A stretch of DNA of 64,000 bases from an uncultured delta proteobacterium (GTDB taxonomy: Bacteria; Desulfobacterota; RBG-13-43-22). Shown here piece by piece: positions 10,026 to 19,422 of the stretch (positions within the stretch are counted from its first letter, which is position 1; every line of letters starts with the position of its first letter). The stretch lies in contig CAWBOS010000010.1 of NCBI GenBank assembly GCA_963790475.1, forward strand, positions 1,056,001-1,120,000, given 5' to 3'. Below the pieces are notes generated by a model. That model worked only from the letters and a program-made list of their open reading frames with translations. It made no database searches and was not told where the DNA came from. Both the position numbers and the translations under genes were made by a program.

Positions 10026-10985
10026 ATGAAGAGAGAGTTGCTTGAGTTCATTCGCTGCCCTGATTGTCGGGGAGAGAAATTTTTGATCTGTTCAGATCGA
10101 CAGAATGGTATAGAGATCAGGGAGGGCAGTGTCACTTGCCAATCTTGCCGTCGCGTTTTTGAAATCAGTGAGGGCATCCTGGATCTGTTGATTAATCCAA
10201 CGGCGGAGATCGTTAACGAACAGCAAGGTTGGACGATATTGAAGGATGCCGTGGTGAATACGGATGAACTTATGCTGGCACTGCCTGACGCGATTGGTGA
10301 TCATAAACCCGCTTGGGCTCCTTTGGCGAATAACTTCCATTTTATGTGGTCGAAACTACAATTGACGGGGATAGAACGTGTTTTAGACCTCGGGGCAGGG
10401 CGTTGCTGGTCTACGAGATTTTTTGCCCGCCAAGGCTGCTATTGCGTCGGGATAGACATTCTCTTGACCCGGTATGTCGGCTTACGGACAGCAGATATAT
10501 TCATCGACCATGATGGCATCTACTTTGAGAGAACCTCCGGGGATATGAACGAATTGCCTTTTAGGGACAAAATGTTCGATATTGTTTTCATAAACGCGAC
10601 CTTGCACCACAGTTCGGTTCTTTCGGCGACCATAAAGGAAATCGCCCGAGTCTTGAAACCCGGTGGGCAAGCGATAATTATTAATGAGCCCGTGGCAGGA
10701 CTCTTTCAGAGCAAAAAATTGGACTGCCCGGAAGTGAAATGTGGTATCAATGAACATACTTATCGGCTGTGGGAATACCTGACAGAACTAAGCCGGGGGG
10801 GTTTGACATATCGGCTTTTTCCATATATTGGAAGTTACCATAGGACGGTACATTGGGCTAACTACGTTTTGGCCAAATTTTTTCCAAAAAAATTACTGAC
10901 CCAACGGGTTTGGACTCCTCTACTCTATATTCAACTACTGGTTTTTGGCGGTGGACTGAATATGATCGCACGCAAACCGAATTGA
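10026..10985 (+). CDS. Trm112-like Zn-ribbon fused to a class I SAM methyltransferase
   Basis: MKRELLEFIRCPDC...C..C...ISEGILDLL (Trm112-like), then VLDLGAG, LPFRDKMFD, LHH and VLKPGG. Confidence 0.8.
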   Translation: MKRELLEFIRCPDCRGEKFLICSDRQNGIEIREGSVTCQSCRRVFEISEGILDLLINPTAEIVNEQQGWTILKDAVVNTDELMLALPDAIGDHKPAWAPLANNFHFMWSKLQLTGIERVLDLGAGRCWSTRFFARQGCYCVGIDILLTRYVGLRTADIFIDHDGIYFERTSGDMNELPFRDKMFDIVFINATLHHSSVLSATIKEIARVLKPGGQAIIINEPVAGLFQSKKLDCPEVKCGINEHTYRLWEYLTELSRGGLTYRLFPYIGSYHRTVHWANYVLAKFFPKKLLTQRVWTPLLYIQLLVFGGGLNMIARKPN

Positions 10986-11085
10986 GAAAAACAAGACAAT
11001 AACCTGAAAGTCTTCGTTAACCTGTTGTTATCCTGAAGCATTAAACATTGCCTGTCTAAGAAAGGGGGACAAATCAAAAAAATGC

Positions 11086-11114
11086 TTGACAAGATCTTTG
11101 CCTTCCATTATAAA
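11086..11114 (+). promoter_or_regulatory. Sigma-70 promoter heading the main glycan operon
   Basis: TTGACA-N17-TATAAA. Confidence 0.65.
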
Positions 11115-11138
11115 ATATGTTCACGAGATGAACATATT
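11114..11138. promoter_or_regulatory. Palindromic operator overlapping the predicted transcription start
   Basis: AATATGTTCA-cgaga-TGAACATATT, a perfect 10-bp inverted repeat. Confidence 0.6.
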
Positions 11139-11162
11139 GAAATTAGAGACCTTCTTCCAATA

Positions 11163-11698
11163 ATGAATCACCGTTATTATATTTCTATCGATCCCAAAAA
11201 AGAAAAGTTTTTCTGCAGCCCCTCGGAGAGGTTTAAGGATATTGAATTCTTCAATCCCAAACTGAAAAGAAAAAGTTTGGCCCATGGATGGGTTTTGAAG
11301 GTTGAGGAAGTCCTTTCTCCCAACTATGTTTCTCCCCGGTTTAATCCCCTAACCTGCTTCCATCTTATAAAATATACCAATCGGCTAAAACGGATTGTCT
11401 GTGATAGTGAGAGAAATCCCTACTCCGTTGACCCGGCAATCATAACTGAAATTAAGGCTTAGAGCGAAAATGGCTATTTCCGAATCAAACCGGTCGAATT
11501 CCAAAAAAAGGGGAACCGGTTGTAATTACCAAGGGCCCTTTTGAAGGATTGGAAGACATTTTCTTAAATAAACGTAAGGCCGGTTTGCGGGTCTCCACTT
11601 TGCGGAATTTAATTAAATCAACGGCCCAGGTTGAAATAGAAAAATGGCTTATGGCCAGAGAAAGAGGAAATTACCTCACCTTTTTGCCTAAGATTTAG
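11163..11698 (+). pseudogene. rfaH: RfaH/NusG-paralog transcription antiterminator pseudogene
   Basis: NGN-like part (PKKE...EEVLSPNYV.PRF...IKYT...P..VD..II) ends in an in-frame TAG at 11460. After a frameshift near 11510 a KOW motif follows (GEPVVITKGPFEGLEDIF...RV...VEIE). Confidence 0.75.
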
Positions 11699-11774
11699 CC
11701 CTTTATCCAATTTTTCTGCAGCCACTTTTCTGTTTATTAATAGAGTATTTGGAAGCCTGTTTTGTACAGGAAGG

Positions 11775-11786
11775 GGCGGTAGCATG
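11775..11786 (+). promoter_or_regulatory. ops (operon polarity suppressor) element
   Basis: GGCGGTAGCATG is an exact match to GGCGGTAGnnTG, located in the leader of the long polysaccharide operon. Confidence 0.7.
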
Positions 11787-11814
11787 TCCATTGCCACCTC
11801 TGAGTCTTTGTTTT

Positions 11815-12153
11815 ATGGATGAAAACCACTTAAAAACCCTGAAAATTTTTGAAGAAAATCCGTCCTTGTCTCAGAGACATCTGGCCCGGGAACTAAACCT
11901 TAGCCTTGGTAAAGCCAATTACATTATCAACGCCTTGATTCAAAAAGGGTATTTAAAAGCCAACCGATTCAAAAATTCTAACAACAAACGATCTTATGCC
12001 TATTATCTGACCCCGGAAGGATTAAAGAAGAAATTTGAACTGACCTACCAATTTTTTAAAACAAAATCGCTGGAATTTGAACAATTGCGACAGGAAATTC
12101 AAGCTCTGGAACAAGAAATTAAGGCTTCTAATGATACTTCTGGACAGCTATAG
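11815..12153 (+). CDS. EPS-associated MarR-family transcriptional regulator
   Basis: NPSLSQRHLARELNLSLGKANY..ALIQKGY....F.NSNNK..YAYYLTPEG; the start is placed at MDENH. Confidence 0.9.
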   Translation: MDENHLKTLKIFEENPSLSQRHLARELNLSLGKANYIINALIQKGYLKANRFKNSNNKRSYAYYLTPEGLKKKFELTYQFFKTKSLEFEQLRQEIQALEQEIKASNDTSGQL

Positions 12154-12170
12154 AAATTTTAATTGGTGAT

Positions 12171-12240
12171 CAATGACTTAATAACTTAATAAATTATAGA
12201 TAATGATTTACGGACTTCATGACATAATGACTTATTTCAT
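12171..12240 (+). repeat. Degenerate 8-bp tandem array (consensus close to TAATGACT)
   Basis: caatgact taataact taataaat ... taatgatt tacggact tcatgaca taatgact. Confidence 0.6.
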
Positions 12241-12247
12241 AAGGTAA

Positions 12248-13030
<783 letters not shown>

Positions 13031-13040
<10 letters not shown>

Positions 13041-13110
13041 ATGACCCAATGCCGCGATAATTCAATGATTTATTTGCTCAATGACCTAATGACTCATTCA
13101 CGAGGTAACT
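13031..13110 (+). repeat. Degenerate 8-bp tandem array (consensus close to CAATGACT)
   Basis: gagtaact aaatgacc caatgccg cgataatt caatgatt tatttgct caatgacc taatgact. Confidence 0.6.
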
Positions 13111-13111
13111 T

Positions 13112-14152
13112 ATGAAACGTGCCCTAATCACCGGCCTTACAGGCCAGGACGGTTCCTATTTGACGGAATTGCTTCTGGAAAAAGGCTATGAAGTTCACGG
13201 AATCATCCGCCGCAGCAGTTCTTTTAACACGGCCCGGGTGGATCATCTTTACAGTAATACCGAAATATTTGATCAACGGTTTTTCACCCATTACGGGGAC
13301 CTGACCGACTCCAGCAATCTCAACCGAATCTTGGAAAGGGTTCAGCCCGATGAGATCTATAATCTGGCGGCCCAGAGCCATGTGCGGGTTTCTTTTGAAG
13401 TGCCCGAATATACGGCCGAAGTAGATGCCATCGGGACCTTGAGATTTTTAGATGCCATTAAAGACCTGGGGATTAAGACTCGCTTCTACCAGGCCTCGAC
13501 CAGTGAGTTATTTGGGAAGGCCCAAGAGATTCCCCAATCAGAATCCACTCCCTTTTATCCCCGTTCCCCCTATGGTGTGGCCAAGATATATGGGTACTGG
13601 ATTGTCATCAATTATCGGGAGGCTTATAATATTTTTGCCTGCAATGGGATCCTTTTTAACCATGAATCGCCCAGGCGGGGAGAAACCTTTGTCACCCGTA
13701 AAATCACCCGGGCCGCAGCCCGAATCAAACTGGGCCTGCAGGATCATTTGACCCTTGGAAACCTCGATGCCAAAAGAGACTGGGGCTACGCTCCGGAATA
13801 TGTGGAGGCCATGTGGCTTATGTTGCAGCAGCCCGAACCGGATGACTTTGTGATCGCCACCGGAGAAACCCATAGCGTCCGGGAGTTTGTCGAGGTCGCC
13901 TTTAAGGAACTGGGATTGGAAATCGACTGGGAAGGAGAGAAAGAAAAGGAAATAGGCCGGGACCGGGCCACCGGAAAACCCCTGATCAAAATAGACCCTA
14001 TTTATTATCGTCCCACGGAGGTGGATATCCTCATGGGAAACCCGGCCAAGGCCAAGGCCAAATTGGGCTGGGAACCTAAAGTAAAATTTGACAAACTGGC
14101 CCGTCTCATGGTCCGGGCCGATCTGGAAAAAGTCAAAAAACGGGGCTATTAA
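13112..14152 (+). CDS. gmd: GDP-mannose 4,6-dehydratase
   Basis: [40 protein letters not shown] and [16 protein letters not shown] motifs. Confidence 0.97.
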   Translation: MKRALITGLTGQDGSYLTELLLEKGYEVHGIIRRSSSFNTARVDHLYSNTEIFDQRFFTHYGDLTDSSNLNRILERVQPDEIYNLAAQSHVRVSFEVPEYTAEVDAIGTLRFLDAIKDLGIKTRFYQASTSELFGKAQEIPQSESTPFYPRSPYGVAKIYGYWIVINYREAYNIFACNGILFNHESPRRGETFVTRKITRAAARIKLGLQDHLTLGNLDAKRDWGYAPEYVEAMWLMLQQPEPDDFVIATGETHSVREFVEVAFKELGLEIDWEGEKEKEIGRDRATGKPLIKIDPIYYRPTEVDILMGNPAKAKAKLGWEPKVKFDKLARLMVRADLEKVKKRGY

Positions 14153-14290
14153 GATAGCCAAGCCGATGGACAAACCAAGAATTAAACAAAACACGAGCAT
14201 TTCTATGGTATCTTTTTTGGTTCTACTCGGGTTATGGAACGCCCTCCAAGGCTTTGGGAAAAAATAGCCTTTCAAGGAGTTAAAACCAGA

Positions 14291-16267
14291 ATGGACGGAA
14301 GTTCCGGCAATCATAAAGCTAACAAACTTGTTATGACATTATTGGTCCGCGATGAAGAGGATATTATACGTTATAATATTGATTTTCACTTATGCAGAGG
14401 CGTTGATTTTATTATTGCGACAAATAACGGATCAACAGACTCCACAAGAAATATTCTCAGAGAATATGAAGAAAGAGGAGTTCTTTATCTCATCGATGAA
14501 AAAACTCAAAATTACAATCAGGCCCAGTGGAATAATCACATGACGAAAATAGCGCGTGATCGATATGCCGCAGATATTATCTTTCATTGCGATGCTGATG
14601 AATTCTGGTATCCCAGATCGGGAAATCTCAAAGATGAAATCTCCAATAGACCGGAAGATATATTGAATGTCGATGTTGTCCATATTCTATTGGAGGATAA
14701 AGGTGGTGCGGAAGCATTTCCGGAAGATACAAGATTCGCAGTAGTTAATCCTATTGTGGCAAAGAATTATATAGAAGAAACTAAGGATGTAAATTTTTTT
14801 TATTTTAAATATCCCTCCAAAGTTATCTTTAAGCCGATAAAAAAAATTCTACTTGTAGACCAGGGCAATCATACAGTCACCAATAAAGATGATACCATAA
14901 CGGAAGGCAAATCTCAGGATGTTGTGATTTATCATTACCCTGTCCGCAGCAAGGCTCAATTCTTTCAAAAGGTGATTCTGGGAGGAAGCGCTTACCAAAC
15001 AAATACTACACTTTCAAAGGATGCTGGATTTCAAACCAGGCGTTGGTATGCCAGTTATAATAATGGATTATTAGACGAAGAGTATAAAAAGCTTATTCTT
15101 CCTGAGGGGGATGTTAATAATTTTTTGCGTGAAGGATTTATTGAAGAGATCGATTTTAACAATGTCATATTGGGCAATGAAAAAGATATACCTATGTGGC
15201 GATATTTTAATCGCAAATTTGAGTATGAATATATGTTTCAAGATTTTTACTGGCCTTGGGCAGGACACAAGTATTTTGTATATGATTTAATTCGAAATTT
15301 TAAGCCAAAAGTTCTTGTCGAGTTAGGCACTCACAAAGGTACCTCTTTCTTTTCATTCTGCCAAGCTGTTAAAGATGCTCTATATAACGCGAGGCTGTAT
15401 GCCGTAGATACATGGCAGGGCGATGAACATGCAGGATTTTATGATGATACTGTCTTTAAGGAACTTGAAGAGATAAAAGAAGAGTATTACGGTAGTTTGG
15501 AAATCAACTTTTTGCGGAAAACATTTGATGAGGCGGTTGGTGAATTTAAGAATAATTCAATCGATATATTGCATATTGACGGATTGCATACTTATGCAGC
15601 AGTAAAGCATGACTTTGAGACATGGTTCCCTAAAGTTAAAAGGGAAGGAATTATTCTTCTACATGATATTTTTATAAACAGAGAGGATTTTGAGGTTTAT
15701 AAATTCTGGAAGGAACTTAAAAACGATTACAAGACGATCGAGTTTCATCAATCTTATGGGCTGGGAGTTTTATTTAAGGATACTGTTGGCAATCAATCTC
15801 TCATTGATAAAGAAAGTGAATGGCAAATTAGATATTCATATATCGCTGAAGATAAGAAAAATGAGGAAACAAGAAAATATCTCGATGAGGCAAAGAGATC
15901 ATTGGCGAAGAATGATAGGCAAATCGCCAGTCTCAACATGGCCTTGACTGAACGCGATTCACGGATCGCCACCCTCGACCAAGCGCTGACGGAACGTGAC
16001 GGACAGATCGCCCGTCTCAACATCACCATAGCGGAGTATGAAGGGCAGATCGCCAATCTTTGCCAAACGCTAAACGACCATAATGGTGAACGGATTGGTC
16101 TCGAGCAGGCATTGTCGGAGCGCGATTCTCACATTAGTCATCTTCACCTGTTGGTTGCGGAACATGAAAATGTTATCCGGCAAATCCTATCGTCTACCTC
16201 ATGGCGATTAACTCGACCATTACGCGCATTAAAGACCTTATTTTTAACAAAAGTTAGCCTAAAGTAA
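14291..16267 (+). CDS. GT2-like + class I methyltransferase (Methyltransf_24-like) + coiled-coil tail fusion
   Basis: TLLVRDEED/NNGSTD/CDADEF, then VELGTHKG, AVDTWQGD, IDILHIDGLHTY and LHD, then ERD.QIA heptads and STSWRLTRPLR. The start is placed after an AAGGAG RBS. Confidence 0.85.
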   Translation: MDGSSGNHKANKLVMTLLVRDEEDIIRYNIDFHLCRGVDFIIATNNGSTDSTRNILREYEERGVLYLIDEKTQNYNQAQWNNHMTKIARDRYAADIIFHCDADEFWYPRSGNLKDEISNRPEDILNVDVVHILLEDKGGAEAFPEDTRFAVVNPIVAKNYIEETKDVNFFYFKYPSKVIFKPIKKILLVDQGNHTVTNKDDTITEGKSQDVVIYHYPVRSKAQFFQKVILGGSAYQTNTTLSKDAGFQTRRWYASYNNGLLDEEYKKLILPEGDVNNFLREGFIEEIDFNNVILGNEKDIPMWRYFNRKFEYEYMFQDFYWPWAGHKYFVYDLIRNFKPKVLVELGTHKGTSFFSFCQAVKDALYNARLYAVDTWQGDEHAGFYDDTVFKELEEIKEEYYGSLEINFLRKTFDEAVGEFKNNSIDILHIDGLHTYAAVKHDFETWFPKVKREGIILLHDIFINREDFEVYKFWKELKNDYKTIEFHQSYGLGVLFKDTVGNQSLIDKESEWQIRYSYIAEDKKNEETRKYLDEAKRSLAKNDRQIASLNMALTERDSRIATLDQALTERDGQIARLNITIAEYEGQIANLCQTLNDHNGERIGLEQALSERDSHISHLHLLVAEHENVIRQILSSTSWRLTRPLRALKTLFLTKVSLK

Positions 16268-16335
16268 AATTTGAAAAATTGGCTCGTCTTATGGTCCGGG
16301 CCGATCTGGAAAAGGTTAAAAAACGGGAGTATTAA
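16258..16335 (+). repeat. Duplicated 78-bp 3' end of gmd (copy of 14075-14152)
   Basis: [25 protein letters not shown] versus [25 protein letters not shown]; 8 mismatches in 78 bp by manual count. Confidence 0.92.
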
Positions 16336-16392
16336 AATTTAAATTAAAAAGAGCATAAGCTCGATAATTCAAAGGCTTTTACCTTAAAATAT

Positions 16393-16587
16393 GCTGGGTT
16401 TAACCTGAATTTTATCAGCCCGTAAAACGTTTATCTCAATAGCCCCATTCTGGGTTTCAGCGGGAGGGGAATGAATAATCGTTTTGACGGGATCGCCACC
16501 TTTGCCGATACAGGCCAGTTTATGGACCTGCCGGTTAAACACTATTACAGCGGCATGTGTGTCAGGCCACCCTTTGGAGATGCTTAG
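16393..16587 (+). pseudogene. wzt: Wzt (polysaccharide ABC ATPase) fragment
   Basis: AGFNLNFISP*NVYLNSPILGFS...FDGIATFADTGQFMDLPVKHYYSGMCVR matches the Wzt signature region GAGF..ELTGRENI..NGAILG...YSSGM..RL. Confidence 0.8.
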
Positions 16588-16659
16588 TCAAAGTTTGTCG
16601 GAGGGACAGGCAACATTGCTAAAAATATCTCACTGTGCGGCAGAAATAAGTTTTAAGGA

Positions 16660-19089
16660 ATGACTCCTATCATGAACTCGGATTTATTCGCAAAAGAATA
16701 TGCGCTGGATTCATTGACCACCGTTATTCCGAGGGGTCATAAGTTCTCGATGTTTGTCGATCCACATTTTGTAAATCAATTTTCTGGTACAGCCTATGAG
16801 CAGTTTTCTTCTCGACTGGTAGCAAACTTCGTCAATAAATGCGATCTTTTTCTTGATGTAGGAGCGCATTACGGGTTCTATTCACTTGTCGCAAACGAAT
16901 CAAATAAGCGGATCAAGACCATTGCGATCGAGCCGGTCGAGGAGAATTACGAAAGCCTTAAAAGGAATTTGTATGCAAACGGTATTTTGGGTGCTTCGGT
17001 CCACTTACTCAGGTCAGCTATAGGTAACCGAACCGGGGAGGTGGACTTTTTTAAATCAAGCGTTTCGGATAATGGTGGGTTATTTGAACACCCCAATGCT
17101 CCAGTCATAAACAAGTTTAAAGTACCCATTACGACCATAGACCATATTCTTCGAGAGGATGATTCAAAATCCCCATTTATTAAGATGGATACTGAAGGCA
17201 ATGAGCTGGATGTCCTTAAGGGGATGGACAATACATTCAAGAAGTATCGAGAATTATATCTTTTGATACAGATGAATCCCAAAATGCTAAAGCTGGCAGG
17301 TACGAGTTGCAAGGAAATTTTTGAATATCTATCTCTAAAAGGATTTAAGATTTTCGGAATTGATAATCAACAAAGCAAATATTACCCGCTTGATATAGAC
17401 GAGAATATCAGTAGAATGCAGGAGAGCAGCGAGTATTTTAATTTTTTCTGCATCAGGAAGGATATTGCGCTTTCAGTTGCATTTTTTTCGCATTCTGCGG
17501 GATTGGCAGGCGCGGAACGGAGTCTGGTGGACCTTGTACAGGATTTGGGAGAGCAAGGCGTCTTATGCTCTGTTGTCTTGCCTGGGAATGGTCCACTAAA
17601 AAATACCCTCCTCGAAGTTGGTGCTTCGGTCCATATCTTAACTGGGATCGGGGAAGGCTATCAATGGGTTACCACGGACAGCCAATCGTTGCTCACGCGC
17701 AAAGATAACTTTATCAAATGTATGGGGGCGATCGCGAAGCAGTCGATTGGTTTATTGAAGTTACTGAGGCCAGATGTTATCTTTTCTCAAACAGTAGTCA
17801 TGCCTTGGGGAGCTCTTTGCGCCGAAATATTATTAATTCCCCATGCCTGGTCGATATGCGAATACGGGGAGCTCGACCATCATTTGAAATTCTATTTCGG
17901 TTTTGAGCAATGCATGAAGGCTCTTTATGAAAGCAGTGACGTTGTCTTTAGCGTCACTCAATCGGTCAAAAACATTACACTTGCGGGACTCCATGGAGAA
18001 AAAGATAAAGTGCATGTCGTCTACCGAAAAGTACACATAAGACCGATGCCAGAAGGGGCTTTAGCTTCAGAGAGATCCCAGCCTGATCCAAAACAAAGGT
18101 TCAAGATAGGGGTTTTTGGAACAATCCAGGAAACTAAAGGGCAAGAGGATATCGTTAAGGCTGGTATCGAATTGGTGAGGAATGGGCATAAAGTCGAAGT
18201 CTACCTCTATGGCTACAAAGAATCAGAATATCTCTCAGGTTTATTGTCTTTAATAAAAAACAGTGGTTTTGAAGATTCTTTTGTCGTAGGGGATTTTTTG
18301 GAGCATCCTTATGAACAAATGAAAAGAATGGATGTTGTTGTTTCTTGTTCGAGAAATGAGGCATTTGGAAGGACTCTGATTGAGTCAATTCTCTTAAAAA
18401 AACCTATTATCTACGCTGCCTCCGGCGGGCCGAAGGAGATCTTTATTGATCAGGAGCACGGCCTTGCTTATGCCCCCGGTGATCATCTCGATCTGCTGAA
18501 GAAATTACTCTCAGTGATCCAAAACACAGAAGAAACCGCTAAGAGAGTTGAAAGGGCGTTGGAGTATGTCCGTAAGAAATTTACAGCAGAAAGCTATTCA
18601 AAAAAAATCGAAGGTTCTTTGCGCTCGTTAAAAAAGACCGCCCAAAGACAATCGATCAGCGGTGTCTATGCCTTATTGGCGGATACCTTTATTCAACAGA
18701 TAGCCAGTCTCAATCAGGTCGTAGCCGATCGCGACATGCGGATCGCGGCCCTCGCCCAGCAAGCTGCCGACCGTGATGACCACATCGCCAGCCTCAACCA
18801 GGTCGTAGCCGAACGCGACGGGCGAATCGCCAACCTCGACCGGGGGCTGACAGAACGTCACGGGCAGATCGCCAATCTTTACCAAACACTAAATGACCAT
18901 GAAGGTGAGCTGATTGGTCTTGGTGAGGCATTGTCAGAACGCGATTTTCAGATTAATCATCTTCATCTGGTGGTTACGGAACATGAAAATGTTATCCGGC
19001 AAATCCTATCGTCTACCTCATGGCGATTAACTCGACCATTGCGCGCATTAAAAGACTTTATTTTTAATAGAAATTATCTAGTCAAATAA
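16660..19089 (+). CDS. FkbM methyltransferase + GT4 + coiled-coil tail fusion
   Basis: LDVGAHYG and IKMDTEGNE, then SHSAGLAGAERS and EAFGRTLIES, then ERD..IA heptads and STSWRLTRPLR. Confidence 0.88.
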   Translation: MTPIMNSDLFAKEYALDSLTTVIPRGHKFSMFVDPHFVNQFSGTAYEQFSSRLVANFVNKCDLFLDVGAHYGFYSLVANESNKRIKTIAIEPVEENYESLKRNLYANGILGASVHLLRSAIGNRTGEVDFFKSSVSDNGGLFEHPNAPVINKFKVPITTIDHILREDDSKSPFIKMDTEGNELDVLKGMDNTFKKYRELYLLIQMNPKMLKLAGTSCKEIFEYLSLKGFKIFGIDNQQSKYYPLDIDENISRMQESSEYFNFFCIRKDIALSVAFFSHSAGLAGAERSLVDLVQDLGEQGVLCSVVLPGNGPLKNTLLEVGASVHILTGIGEGYQWVTTDSQSLLTRKDNFIKCMGAIAKQSIGLLKLLRPDVIFSQTVVMPWGALCAEILLIPHAWSICEYGELDHHLKFYFGFEQCMKALYESSDVVFSVTQSVKNITLAGLHGEKDKVHVVYRKVHIRPMPEGALASERSQPDPKQRFKIGVFGTIQETKGQEDIVKAGIELVRNGHKVEVYLYGYKESEYLSGLLSLIKNSGFEDSFVVGDFLEHPYEQMKRMDVVVSCSRNEAFGRTLIESILLKKPIIYAASGGPKEIFIDQEHGLAYAPGDHLDLLKKLLSVIQNTEETAKRVERALEYVRKKFTAESYSKKIEGSLRSLKKTAQRQSISGVYALLADTFIQQIASLNQVVADRDMRIAALAQQAADRDDHIASLNQVVAERDGRIANLDRGLTERHGQIANLYQTLNDHEGELIGLGEALSERDFQINHLHLVVTEHENVIRQILSSTSWRLTRPLRALKDFIFNRNYLVK

Positions 19090-19422
19090 AAATAGACACT
19101 GGGTAAAATAATTTTTTTCAATACGAAACTCATTTCATAATCATTAGGGGCGATATATCCCAGATAAGAATGGAGCCTACGGCTGTTTCAAAACACAACA
19201 ATGTAATCGACAACTATCCGTCAGGCCTCCTCTCGGGTCGGATATCTCTGATTCCCAAACTGTTCATTTTTTTAAGATGTGGAAAAACCATATACAGCAT
19301 CACTGGATATACGATGCGATGATATTGCACAGTTTGAAATGTAAGTTAGTTCGCGGAATACGCAGATTGCAAAATCTGATTATAGGAACACAATTGATTC
19401 CAGAAAATAAGGATTAGTACGG

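Noticed and set aside
13538-14314. 258-aa minus-strand ORF
   Set aside because: Antisense shadow of gmd with no recognisable motifs.
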